Assembly: GCF_006345805.1 (NCBI RefSeq) | Contig: NW_021834378.1 | Span: forward strand, 1 to 58,488 | Direction of reading: 5' to 3' | Length of the DNA stretch: 58,488 bases | Source of the DNA: Octopus sinensis | Taxonomy: Eukaryota | In this document: positions 12,430-23,831 of the stretch, piece after piece | Position numbering within the stretch: position 1 is the stretch's first letter | Layout: each line of letters starts with the position of its first letter | The notes under the pieces: model-generated | Told to the model about the DNA's origin: nothing | The model's input: the letters and a program-made list of their open reading frames with translations, nothing else | Database searches by the model: none | Translations under genes and position numbers: made by a program

Positions 12430-12843
12430 CGGCGAGCTGGCAGAAACGTTAGCACGCCGGGCGAAATGCTAAGCGGTATTTCGTTTACCGCTACGTTCTG
12501 AGTTCAAATTCAGCTGAGGTCGACTTTGCCTTTCATCCTTTCAGGGTCGATTAAATAAGTACCAGTTACGCACTGGAGTCGATATAATCGACTTAATCCG
12601 TTTGTCTGTCCTTGTTTGTGGTCTCTGTGTTTAGCCCCTTGTGGGCAGTAAAGAAATAGGTATTTTGTCAGCCGGTACGTTCTGAGTTCAAATTCCGCCG
12701 AAGTCGACTTTGCCTTTCATGTTTCGGGGTCGATAAATTAAGTATCGGTTACGCACTGGGATCGATGTAATCGACTTAATCCCTTTGTCTGTCCTTGTTT
12801 GTCCCCCTCTGTGTTTATCCCCTTGTGGGCAATAAAGAAATAA
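12430..12843 (+). mobile_element. SINE family 2, body duplicated in tandem
   Basis: GGCGAGCTGGCAGAAACGTTAG head, GAGTTCAAATTC B box; the body repeats at about 12660. Confidence 0.75.
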
Positions 12844-12844
12844 G

Positions 12845-13230
12845 GGAATGTGTGCCGTTTCGAGGCATTCCTCTCGACGGCATCTTTGTGCACCGGCGCC
12901 GTCTCATTGAGATGAAATCCCGCTTTCTAGATCTGCTGGTTACTAGGTTTCACTCAATATTATCCCAGCCATTGCTCATCGTCTCTTTTTAACCAAATCC
13001 CGTGGCTTTCCTTTTCTACTATATACACTCTGGATATCCTTCATGGTGGTATTTGCTTTACGATGAGTTAGGACTAACGATAGCAACAATCGCCTCACGC
13101 TGTGTTCAACGAATCCTCTACACCCGACTTCAATTAGAAAATGCTCTGATTTTCAGCCTACGTCTTCACATTCCTCAAGAATTTTTTTTATAACGGTCAA
13201 TCTTTCATGAGAGACCGTCAACTCGACTAT
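12845..13230 (-). mobile_element. HERO-like (R2 group) non-LTR 3' end with restriction-like endonuclease remnant
   Basis: IVELTV...EECEDVG*KSEHFLIEVGCRGFVEHSVRRLL... then, after a frameshift, VEKESHGIWLKRDDEQWLG*; ELTV, IEVGCRGF and WLKR motifs. Confidence 0.65.
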
Positions 13231-14445
13231 ATTTACCATTTTCTTTCACACCATACTACTCTTAGCTACCGGGATGGGTAATGTACGTGGTCACTTGACC
13301 TGCAAGAAATAGTAACCAAATTTCTTCAAATCACACCTTGATATCTTTAAAAAGAAGAGAGTTGAACTTTGAACCTTGTGACTGTGGGATGGTCACATCT
13401 GGTGCGTCGTTTATGGTAAGTCTGCTTAATCGGGTTGATTTCGGTTTATGCTGCACTAACAAGAATATTAGCAGCAACAACAGCATCCCCGACTTCCTAC
13501 GCAACCGCTGAGCCTGGATGCGCATTCATCCATCCGTCGATGCTCTCGGTGTCGGGGGTTGACCTACTCTCTCTTCTGCGGGTCTTACGAATAGCAAAGA
13601 ACCACGTTTCGGACTTCTCCCACTGCAGACATGGGACGAAGACCGCTTCGCTCAACAAACAAACAAATAAACAAGCAACCACAGCAAAGACGGTTTCTCC
13701 CGCGGGAACAATGCCTAAAATCTGAGGGAGGTGGGTATCGATAACATCGATCACAGTGCTCTGCTGGTATTTATTTTATCGAACCCCAAAGGATGAATGG
13801 CAAAGTGAACCCCCAGCGGGATTCGAACTCAAAGCATAAAGACGGAAGAAATTCCGCTAAGCGTTTCTTTTCTTTTTTTCCGGCGTACTAACGAATCTAC
13901 CAGCTCGCTCGACCCCCTTTTTTTTTTTTGAAAAGTGCGACAAATCTTCCAACAGGAATTGTACCACGTATCCGTCAAATATTTTTGAATCACGACAACC
14001 ATTGGCCTAAGATACTTCCTACAACAGCAATAACAAGAATGGTTACAGAAACAACAACAACAACACCACCACCTACAACAAAATTTTCCCCTTTGAAATG
14101 TCACGCACGATTTCAAAGCCACTTAGTAACAAGTGCCATAAAGTCGATTTCTTTGTGAATGCCTTTGGAAATTAAAACCTTTCAAATATCCAGCCGTGTC
14201 GCACCAAAGAGGAAATTCATTCAAAACTTATCCTTAAGAAATTTCTAAGAAACGAAGAGTTACGCAGTGCTGCTTTGTTGTTATAATTTATAAACGCTTC
14301 AATGACGAAAAAAAAAACCCCTGCTAATAATACATTGACGATTGAATACAATCATACAGTCGTTATGACTGATAGATTGTCGCTTTGAGTGATCCTCATG
14401 AACCATTTGGTTACCCAAATCATTTTTATAAGCTTGTCCTAAAAA

Positions 14446-15164
14446 GGATCTTTTCGGTTTGAACGGCAGTTTTTAAAATAATTTCTAAGTAACTAAAAAA
14501 TTTTAAACTTCATATACTGGTAGAATGTGTTTATAAAACATCTTTTTCTCTTGGCTTTACTGAGAAAATTCTATAGTTTGTAACATATTTGTTGTTGTTT
14601 TTCTTCCATTTCTGCAATTTCAACCAATCACTGACGTCCATTGAGGTAAAAGCATTCTGTGCCGTATGAATATGTCCCTCATTTAAGAAACAGATCGGGT
14701 TTATTTACATTTGTGAAGAAAAAAAAAGGGATCTTTTCGGTTTGAACGGCAGTTTTTAACATAATTTCTAGGTAACTAAAAAATTTTAAACTTCGTATAC
14801 TGGTAGAATGTGTTTATAAAACATCTTTTTCTCTTGGCTGTATTGAGAAAATTCTATGGTTTGTAAGATATTTGTTGTTTTTTTTTCTTCAATTTCTGCA
14901 GTTTCAACCAATCACTGACGTCCATTGAGGTAAAAAAAAACACTCTGTACCGTATGAATATGTCCCTCGTTTAAGGAACAGATTCGGTTTATTTACATTT
15001 GTGAAGAAAAAAGATACCCTTTCCCCCACCCCTAACCCTAACCTTAACCCTAACTAACCCTAAATCAGATTGAAATGCAATAGATCGATACTAGGGTCAT
15101 AATTATGGGTGACAATTTCATATGACACCGCTAGAAAAAACTGCCGGTCAAACCGAAAAGATCC
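14446..15164 (-). mobile_element. Small non-autonomous element of the same family (719 bp)
   Basis: Same TIRs. TSD CCTAAAAA / CCTAAAAG (7 of 8). Terminal segment duplicated (second GGATCTTTTCGG near 14728). Confidence 0.8.
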
Positions 15165-15593
15165 CCTAAAAGTCCATGCTTGCCTTTTGATTTTTAATTA
15201 ATCCTTGTTTCATAGGTTCTGAATAATATAAAACTTACCCTTAAAAAGTCTCGGGTTACTCTGGTGGTTGAAAAAAGATTGGAAATGCGTAGCATATGGT
15301 TCATGGAGGTCAGGGAAGTATTATTTGCGCATTTTACATCATAGACAGGACTGGCAAACGGCTAAGTAGATCTGTTAGAAGAAACAGTTTAATGAGACAT
15401 TAGTGAGCTTACGATCGTGAGGTTGTGAGCTCGAATCCCGGACCGGGATGCGTGTTGTGTTCTTGAGCAAGACACTTTATTTCACGTTGCTCCAGTTCAC
15501 TCAGCTGTAGAAATGAGTTGCGACGTCACAGGTGCCAAGCTGTATCGGGGCCCCTTTTGCCTTTCCCTTGGACAACATCGGTGACGTGGGCTT

Positions 15594-15723
15594 CGAGCTG
15601 GCAGAAACGTTAGCGCCCCGGGCGAAATGCTTAGCGGTATTTCGTCTGCGTTACGTTGTGAGTTCAAATTCCGCCGAGGTCGATTTTGCCTTTCATCCTT
15701 TCGGGGTCAATTAAATAAGTACC
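15594..15723 (+). mobile_element. SINE family 2, 5' part, interrupted by the giant element; continues 41015-41485 as 3 tandem bodies
   Basis: Sequence continuity across the TSD; period of about 182 bp downstream. Confidence 0.85.
15716..15723 (+). repeat. Left target-site duplication TAAGTACC
   Basis: Directly precedes the GGATC terminus; identical to 41015-41022. Confidence 0.9.
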
Positions 15724-16140
15724 GGATCTTTTCCATTTGAAGGCTTGATTTCAACACAATTTCTAGTTAACTAAACTCTTTAAAACTTCGTATACTGGTA
15801 GAATATGTGAAAATAAAACATTTTTGGATCTTTTCCGTTTGAAGGCCAGATTTCAACACAATTTCTAGTTAACTAAACACTTTAAAACTTCGTATACTGG
15901 TAGAATGTGTCAAAATAAAAATTTTTTGGATCTTTTCCGTTTGAAGGCCAGATTTCAAAACAATTTCTAGTTAACTAAACTCTTTAAAGCTTTGTATACT
16001 GGTAGAAGGTGTCAAAATAAAACATTTTGGATCTTTTCCGTTTGAAGGCCAGATTTCAACACAATTTCTAGTTAACTAAACACTTTAACACTTTAAAACT
16101 TCGTATACTGGTAGAATGTGTCAAAATAAAACATTTTTTT
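15724..16140 (+). repeat. 102-bp tandem repeat x4 (outer terminus multimer)
   Basis: GGATC recurs at 15724, 15826, 15928 and 16029; mirrored at about 40598-41014. Confidence 0.85.
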
Positions 16141-16231
16141 TCTCTTGGCTTTCTTGAGAAAACTGTAATTTGTTTGTTTAACGTAGTTTAATTTTTCGAA
16201 TTTTAACCAATCCTATGCTCTCTTTTGAGCT

Positions 16232-16495
16232 AAAATCATTTGCTGCGTCTAAAACAGAGACAACATTCTGTAACTAACCCTAAACCTCCCCCATAACCCT
16301 AACCCAAACCCTAAGTTTATTTTTCTTAATTGTTAAATTAATTTAATAGTTACGCGTGTAAAAAAACTAAAGCAAAGGAATTACATTAATTTAACAATTA
16401 AGAAAAAAAATGTTAGGGTTATGGTTGGGGTTAGGGGGGAGGTTTAGGGTTAGTTACAGGATGTTGTCTCAGTTTTAGACGCAGCAAATGATTTT
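16232..16495. repeat. Hairpin core of E1 with degenerate TTAGGG/CCCTAA motifs (mirror copy 40250-40513)
   Basis: AAAATCATTTGCTGCGTCTAAAAC...TAACCCTAAACCTCCCCC pairs with GGGGGAGGTTTAGGGTTA...GTTTTAGACGCAGCAAATGATTTT. Confidence 0.8.
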
Positions 16496-16561
16496 TGTTG
16501 AATGGAGGTAATCGATTGGTTAAAATTGCCGAAATGCTCGGATTTTCAGACGAAATATCTT

Positions 16562-17886
16562 ACAAACTATAGAATTTTCTCAATAAAGCCAATGATGTTT
16601 TATAAACACATTCTACCAGTATACGAAGTTTAAAAAGGTTTAGTTACGTGGAAATTATTTTAAAAAGCTGCCGTTCAAACCGAAAAGATCCTAGAATTTT
16701 CTCAATAAAGCCAAGAGTAAAAGAGGTTTTATAAAAACATTCTACCAGTATACGAAGTTTAAAAGTGTTTAGTTACGTGGAAATTATTTTTAAAAACTGC
16801 CGTTCAAGCAGAAAAGATCCTAGAATTTTCTCAATAAAACCAAGAGAAAATGATGTTTTATAAACACATTCTACCAGTATACGAAGTTTAAAAGTGTTTA
16901 GTTACGTGCAAATTATTTTAAAAAACTGCCGTTCAAACAGAAAAGATCCTAGAATTTTCTCAATAAAACCAAGAGAAAATGATGTTTTATAAACACATTC
17001 TACCAGTATACGAAGTTTAAAATTGTTTAGTTACGTGGAAATTATTTTAAAAAACTGCCGTTCAAACAGTAAAGATCCTAGAATTTTCTCAATAAAACCA
17101 AGAGAAAATGATGTTTTATAAACACATTCTACCAGTATACGAAGTTTAAAAGTGTCTAGTTACGTGGAAATTATTTTTAAAAACTGCTTTTCAAACAGAA
17201 AAGATCCTAGAATTTTCTCAATAAGACCAAGAGAAAATGATGTTTTATAAACACATTCTACCAGTATACGAAGTTTAAAAGTGTCTAGTTACGTGGAAAT
17301 TATTTTTAAAAACTGCCTTTCAAACAGAAAAGTTCCTAGAATCTTCTCAATAAACCAAGAGAAAATGATGTTTTATAAACACATTCTACCAGTATACGAA
17401 GTTTAAAAGTCTTTAGTTACGTTGAAATTATTTTAAAAAACTGCCGTTCAAACAGAAAAGATTCTAGAATTTTCTCAATAAAACCAAGAGAAAATGATGT
17501 TTTATAAACACATTCTACCAGTATACAAAGTTTAAAAGTGTTTAGTTACGTGGACATTATTTTAAAAGACTGCCGTTCAAACTGATAATGTCCTAGAATT
17601 TTCTCAATAAAACTAAGAGAAAAGTTCCTAGAATCTTCTCAATAAAACCAAGAGAAAATGATGTTTTATAAACACATTCTACCAGTATACGAAGTTTAAA
17701 AGTGTCTAGTTACGTGGAAATTATTTTAAAAATCTGCCGTTCAAACAGAAAAGATCCTAGAATATTCTCAATAAAACCAAGAGAAAATGATGTTTTATAA
17801 ATACATTCTACCAGTATACGAAGTTTAAAATTGTTTAGTTACGTGGAAATTATTTTAAAAAACCGCCGTTCAAACAGAAAAGATCC
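16562..17886 (+). repeat. 129-bp tandem array, about 10 units
   Basis: GATCCTAGAA recurs at 16816 and 16945 (period 129). Each unit carries the terminal motif ACTGCCGTTCAAACAGAAAAGATCC. Confidence 0.9.
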
Positions 17887-18305
17887 AAATCATCTCCTGT
17901 TGTTCAGGACGAATGGCGGCCCGAATCGCAGGATGAACCTCAGTGCTTACCTCCATGGAGTGCCACAGGACTCATGGCAGCGGAGGATGAGTACTGCGAA
18001 AATCCGATAACAGACACTAAAATACAAGTAAAATAAACGAGGAGCAAATCAACTAATTCAGGTATGCTTCTTCTGAAACAGTGGAGGCGTCAGCATCATG
18101 ATCGTAAGATTGTGGTTTCGATTCCTGGACCGGGCGACGCGTTGTGTTCTTGAGCAAATCACTTAATTTCACGTTTCTCCAGTCCACCCAGCCGGCAAAA
18201 ATGAGTAACGCTGAGATGGACTGGCGTCCCATCCAGCTGGGGAACACATACGCCATTGAAACCGGAAAACTGGGCCCATGAGCCTGGCTAGGCTTTAAAA
18301 GGGTG

Positions 18306-19349
18306 TGTAGCAATAACCATTTTAGCCATTTTGAAATGTGGCCTGAATTGGCAATATGACGTAATGTCGTATTGCCGAAGAATTATCCTTTTCGTTCTTT
18401 TTTCCATTGGTTAATATAACTGCTCATATAAAGATTCTAAAAGTTTCGTAAATAATATTTGTCATGGATTTCGATTCTTTTTAGTCAAGTTGAGCAGTTA
18501 TAAAAACCCTGGATTTTGGGAAAAATTCCAGTGTTTGTTGGATGTCACTGACCTCCACGACACTCACTCTTTGAGACATCGGTAATTTTCATGCCATGTC
18601 TAGAGTTAATCACAAATCTATTTGCTAGAATTGAGAAATTAGTAATGAAATTATAGTCGTTCTTCTTCTTCACGACAAAGTTATCTTTCCTACTGTAAAT
18701 AATATAAAATGTTATATTTATTAATAAAACTAATTAAAGAAATGTTTCTCTTCACTTCAGTTTGCTATGAATATTAACGACATGTATGTTAAATATTTTC
18801 TTCGTGTCCTTTAAACCGCTAAAAGAAAACATAAATTAAGGATTACAGAAATGCATCCTTATCTATGCTCAGTTGAAAAACAAACGTGAAGAGAACATTT
18901 TCTTTAATTAGTTTTATTATATAAATATAACATTTTATATTATTTACAGTAGGAAAGATAACTTTGTCGCGAAGAAGAACGACTATAATTTCATTAAATA
19001 ATTTCTCAATTCTAGCTAATACATTAACCAACAAATCAAAATAGATTTGTGATTAACTCTAGACATGGCATGAAAATTCCCGATGTCTCAAAAGAGTGAG
19101 TGTCGTGGAGTTCAGTGACATCCAACAAACACTGAAATTTTTCCCAAAATCCAGGGTTTTTATAACTGCTCAACTTGACTAAAAAGAATCGAAATCCATG
19201 ACAATATTCTTTACGAAACTTTTAGAATCCTTATATGAGCAGTTATATTAACCAATGGGAAAAATGAAAATGATAATTTCGGCAATACGACATTACGTCA
19301 TATTGCCAATTCGGCCACATTTCAAAATGGCTAAAATGGTTTTGCTACA
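18306..19349. mobile_element. Foldback element with TGT..ACA ends and 4-bp TSD (GGTG), Ginger-like ends
   Basis: TGTAGCAATAACCATTTTAGCC...GGCTAAAATGGTTTTGCTACA, with GGTG on both sides and arms of about 450 bp. Confidence 0.7.
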
Positions 19350-19353
19350 GGTG

Positions 19354-19600
19354 CAATGAAGGCGCGTGGCTTAGTGTTTAGGGCGTCAGCATCATGATCG
19401 TAAAGGTTGTGGTTTCGATTCCTTGAACGGGCGACGCGTTGTATTCTTGAGCAAAACACTTCCTTTCCCGTTGGCTCCAGTCCACTCACTGGCAAAAATG
19501 AGTAACACTGCGATGGACTGGCGGCCCGTCCACTGGGTAACACATGCGCCATAGAAACCGAGAAAACGGGCCCATGAGCCTGGCTAGGCTTTAAAAAAAA
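19354..19600 (+). mobile_element. SINE family 3 (also 18075-18305, 15400-15590, and mirror copies 25530-25770, 26105-26330, 29620-29840, 30180-30430, 35110-35356, 36645-36870)
   Basis: GGCGCGTGGCTTAGTG A box, GGTTTCGATTCC B box, TTCTTGAGCAA..CAC core-like segment. Confidence 0.7.
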
Positions 19601-20361
19601 GGGCGTATTTGTTTATTTTTATTCTTCTCAAACACTGCGTTTAAATGACAGACTTGATTGATGACATTTAACAGATATCCAGCAACTGGCAATAAAACGA
19701 GAAAATTACCATTTCTGTGATCCAGAAAGTGGTGGCATTGCTGAAAGCAGACGCCAATAATGGGAACCATATCTGTAATTTCAGCCTAAAATTCGGCTAA
19801 TTGCGAAGCGAAAAAATTAACTCAAGTGTTAGCACAGATATTAACGCTTGTCATTATTGTTCTGGTCGGTGATTCGTCGCAGATATTCACCATCCTGAAT
19901 AGATCTCCTTACAAAAATTCTACTCATGTCATATGACAGAGGGAGTGGTTGAGGAACATGGCATGGCTGGGACCTAAACCAGTTTAGAAGAAACAAAAGC
20001 ATTCGAATGAGTCGCTCACCGATAATTGGCGACTGTCCTCACAAAGTCGCTTTCAGTCACGTCTTTCGGAGTTGGATTTGCCGCAATGTGCAATATCTTC
20101 TTGGTTGCCAGAGTAAAAGTCCACCTATGAGAACCGTTTATATATGACCAATCTACCATAGGTCACACTTCATCAGTAAATTTGATTAAATTAAGCTAGT
20201 TTATCATTTAACAACACAGAAACGATGCATCGTCTAAAAGATGAATTAGGGTAAATGTTTTTAAATTTTCACCTAATTTCTGAATTGATACTGCTTGCGG
20301 TTTGAGTTCTGGCTGCTCTCTCTAGTGGACGAATGGCCTGTTAAGGCCACTCCTAAATTGT

Positions 20362-20394
<33 letters not shown>

Positions 20395-20471
20395 TATATA
20401 TAGATGAGTGTATTTTACCTTGTTAACAATTAACACGGATAAATGAATGAATATATATATATATATATATA

Positions 20472-20521
<50 letters not shown>

Positions 20522-20797
20522 TGTATGTATATATATATATATAATGTATGTATATAATATATTATATGTATAGTATATTATATGTATGTATGTATGTATG
20601 TATATATCTATATATATATATTATAATATATATAATATATTATACACATATATATTTATCTTTTACTGTTTCAGTCACTAGACCACGGCCATACATGCAT
20701 ATATATATAGATATGTTGTATGTATGTATGTATGTATTATGCTTGTATATAATCATTCGATTAAAACATATACACATATACATGTATATATATACAC

Positions 20798-20836
<39 letters not shown>

Positions 20837-20837
20837 G

Positions 20838-20951
<114 letters not shown>

Positions 20952-21044
20952 CAACAAAATTTATTACAATCATGAACATAATTATAACATAATGGAGGTG
21001 CGGTGAAGCAATGTTGCTAAGCTCTAATTAGAAATATGTTCATA

Positions 21045-21625
21045 ATGGTAATATAAACTGAAGTTGTCTGTTTATGGCAGTTTGGTAGCCTTCAACTAAT
21101 TTTTTGGTGTATTTCCACCAGAAAAATGGTCACTTAAAGAGAATATCAATCTACATAATGCAAAAGTTTTATTTTCAAAAATTCCAATTCTAAAGGGTCG
21201 AAACAAACCCGAGCAATGCCGGGCGATACTGCTAGTATATATATAAAGCTGAAGTTGTTTGTGTAAGGCCGGTTTGATAGCCTTCAACTAACACTATCTC
21301 CTCCGAGACCCTGCGGCACAAGTTGACCAAAATTGAGAGTATGATAGAAGAAAGCTTGCTCTTCCTACCGTAGAAGAAAAAATTCAAATTGGACCCGTGT
21401 TAACACCAAAAATTATTTATATCAAAAAGGTGCTTTTTTCTATGAAAATCTCTATTTTTTTTTACGGTTTTTTTAACTGCTGTTCGCCATTTTTTGTGGT
21501 ATTTCAACCAGAAAATTTTCACTTAAGAGAATATCAAGCTACATAATGCAAAATTTTTATTTTCAAAACTTCCAATTCTAAAGAGTCGAAAAGAAAAGAA
21601 ACCCGAGCAATGCCGGGCGATACTT
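21045..21625 (+). mobile_element. Two tandem Helitron copies of a second subfamily (single copy in the mirror arm, about 33040-33425)
   Basis: The first ends AAACCCGAGCAATGCCGGGCGATACTGCTAG|T at 21235. The second starts ATATATAAAGCTGAAGTTG and loses CTAG at about 21625. Confidence 0.65.
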
Positions 21626-23286
21626 TTGAAATGTATTTCTTGCAACATCGTGTTAAAAAAATCATACAAAAATTCTCCTCTCTCTCGGTTCACTAAGCAG
21701 AAGCATTATTTAAGAGTTGCCTACGCAAGCAAAGTGATTCACGACATATATATATCTGCTGTCTTTTGTTATATTTGTTCGTTTCTGGGTTACTCGATAC
21801 AAAATGGAAAAGCTATTCAGAAGTGACATTTCAGATTTTCCAAAATGCATTTTTTTTTTTCACTGAAATAAAACCTGTCTACACTCCCTCCCTAGAAACA
21901 AATAAAGAAGATGATACGCTTGTATATAATTCATAAGAAAGACATTGTTGTGTACGGAATCAAACACTGCACCTAAAACCTGACCACCAATTATGATTCT
22001 GTGAACCATGGTTGCGTTGCAGCAATGCATGCACCTGGCAATGTAAAAAAATTCTTTTGAAATATATTTTTTGCACTATCCTTAAAAAACATCATACAAC
22101 AAACTCTCTTTCCTCGGGTTCACAAAGCAGAAACTTATTTAAGAGTTTTTTACAATAGGCAAAAGTGACTCACGACATATATAAGCTTCTCGAAATCCGG
22201 TTTCAGAATTGTCCAAATGCATTTTATTTTACACCGCGGATTTTAAATGTCTACACCTCCAACGAAACACATTACAAGTGGATCTTAAACAGATAGATAA
22301 TTCACAATAAAGACTAAATCGTGTCAAAATTTTACGCCAGCCGTTAAACTGCACTATGTTACTGTCCGTCGTTAAGAAATGCCAGCCATGGTGAACCCTA
22401 CTATCTTCAGATTCTATCCTTTCTGGAAAATGCAAAATACTGCATAACTAAAAGGATTTTTTATACATCAAAAACTCCAGCTGGGCCAAATTTCACTTTT
22501 CCTCTTTGTGAAGATGGAATAAGGCCAGCCATTTAGGAGAAAAAGTGTAGTCCGTACCAATGACTTGAGTCATTTTGTTGATTTATTATTGTATTGACAT
22601 TTAAAAGGTGAACATAAATAATCGGAAGAAATGCCAGTAAGCAGTTGGTCCGGCTTGCGAACCATTCTGTCACTTTGCCGCCTTTGGTTTCAACGATGGC
22701 ATAGGGTTATAATTTTAAGTAAAGGGAGTTAATTGATTACATCGACCCCCAGTGTTTAACTGGTACATATTTTAATCGACACAGCCTCTTTTCAACAGTG
22801 CTGATCAATTCTATGTCCCTGGGCTCTGACACAGTGACATCCTACCTCACGCAGAAATATTCCTCATGTCCCCATTTTCCGCAGTAGTAGCTTTAGAGTC
22901 TGTAAATAGAGAACGAATGGGTAAGAGAAAGCCTTGGAAATGAACGGTTCTCATTGGGACTTTTACTCTGGCAACCAAGAAGATATTGCACATTGTGGCA
23001 ATCCAACTCCGAAAAAGTATAGAGTATGTATGTATATATATATATATATATATATATAAATATAACATTTAGGAATGGCCTTAACAGGCCATTCGTCCAC
23101 CAGAAAGAGCAGCCAGAAACTCACACACCGCCAAGTAGTGCAATTCGGAAATAAGGGAAAATTTAAAACGTTTACCCTAATTCATCTTTTATACGAATGC
23201 ATCGTTTCAGTATTAATTGATAATATATATATATATATATATATAAATATATATATATATTATATAATATATATATATATATATAT

Positions 23287-23517
23287 TAAATTAGGATAAA
23301 ACCACTATTAGGCAAATCAAACAATGAAAAACATAAGCCAATACATAAAAGTAATTAATTTATATTATTTTAAATATATATCAAAAGTATTAAAAGTCTA
23401 ACTAAACTTTTAAAACTTTTGATATATATTTAAAATATATAAATTAATTATTTATGTATTGGCTTCTTATGTTTTTCATAGTTTGATTTGCCTAATAGTG
23501 GTTTTTATCTTAATTTA
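23287..23517. repeat. AT-rich hairpin with arms of about 105 bp (mirror 31332-31567; half copy 2860-2915)
   Basis: ATAAAACCACTATTAGGCAAATCAAAC pairs with GTTTGATTTGCCTAATAGTGGTTTTTAT. Confidence 0.7.
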
Positions 23518-23831
23518 ATATAATATAATATTTTACTATAAAATTGGATTTAATCCTAAATCCTGATTTTTCCCTGTAAGTTTGATTTTTCCCTAATATT
23601 TATCATATTATAATATATATATATATATATATAATATATATATATATATATTATATAACAATAAGATTCTTTGCAACATAAGGGTCAAGCAACTTGTTGC
23701 AAAGACCCTTATTGTTATAATTATATAAACTTTTACCGAATATGGTCCTTTCCATATCGGAGTGCTACTAGGTGAAATTTGTTAATTTTATTAAATTAAT
23801 TTATTTCACCCTTTATCTGTATATATAATAT

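Larger units (their letters stand above)
15724..17886 (+). mobile_element. Left component element E1: 4x102-bp end repeats, hairpin core, about 10x129-bp end repeats
   Basis: Starts GGATC and ends GATCC. Its two halves are inverted counterparts, and the 129-bp unit matches the first about 129 bp of the small element at 14446. Confidence 0.75.

Noticed and set aside
15239-15371. This 133-nt exon candidate as BLOC1S1 exon 3 (same length and phase as expected)
   Set aside because: No amino-acid similarity to VAQAYMNQRKLD...QALK, and there is a stop in that frame; the length match is treated as coincidence.
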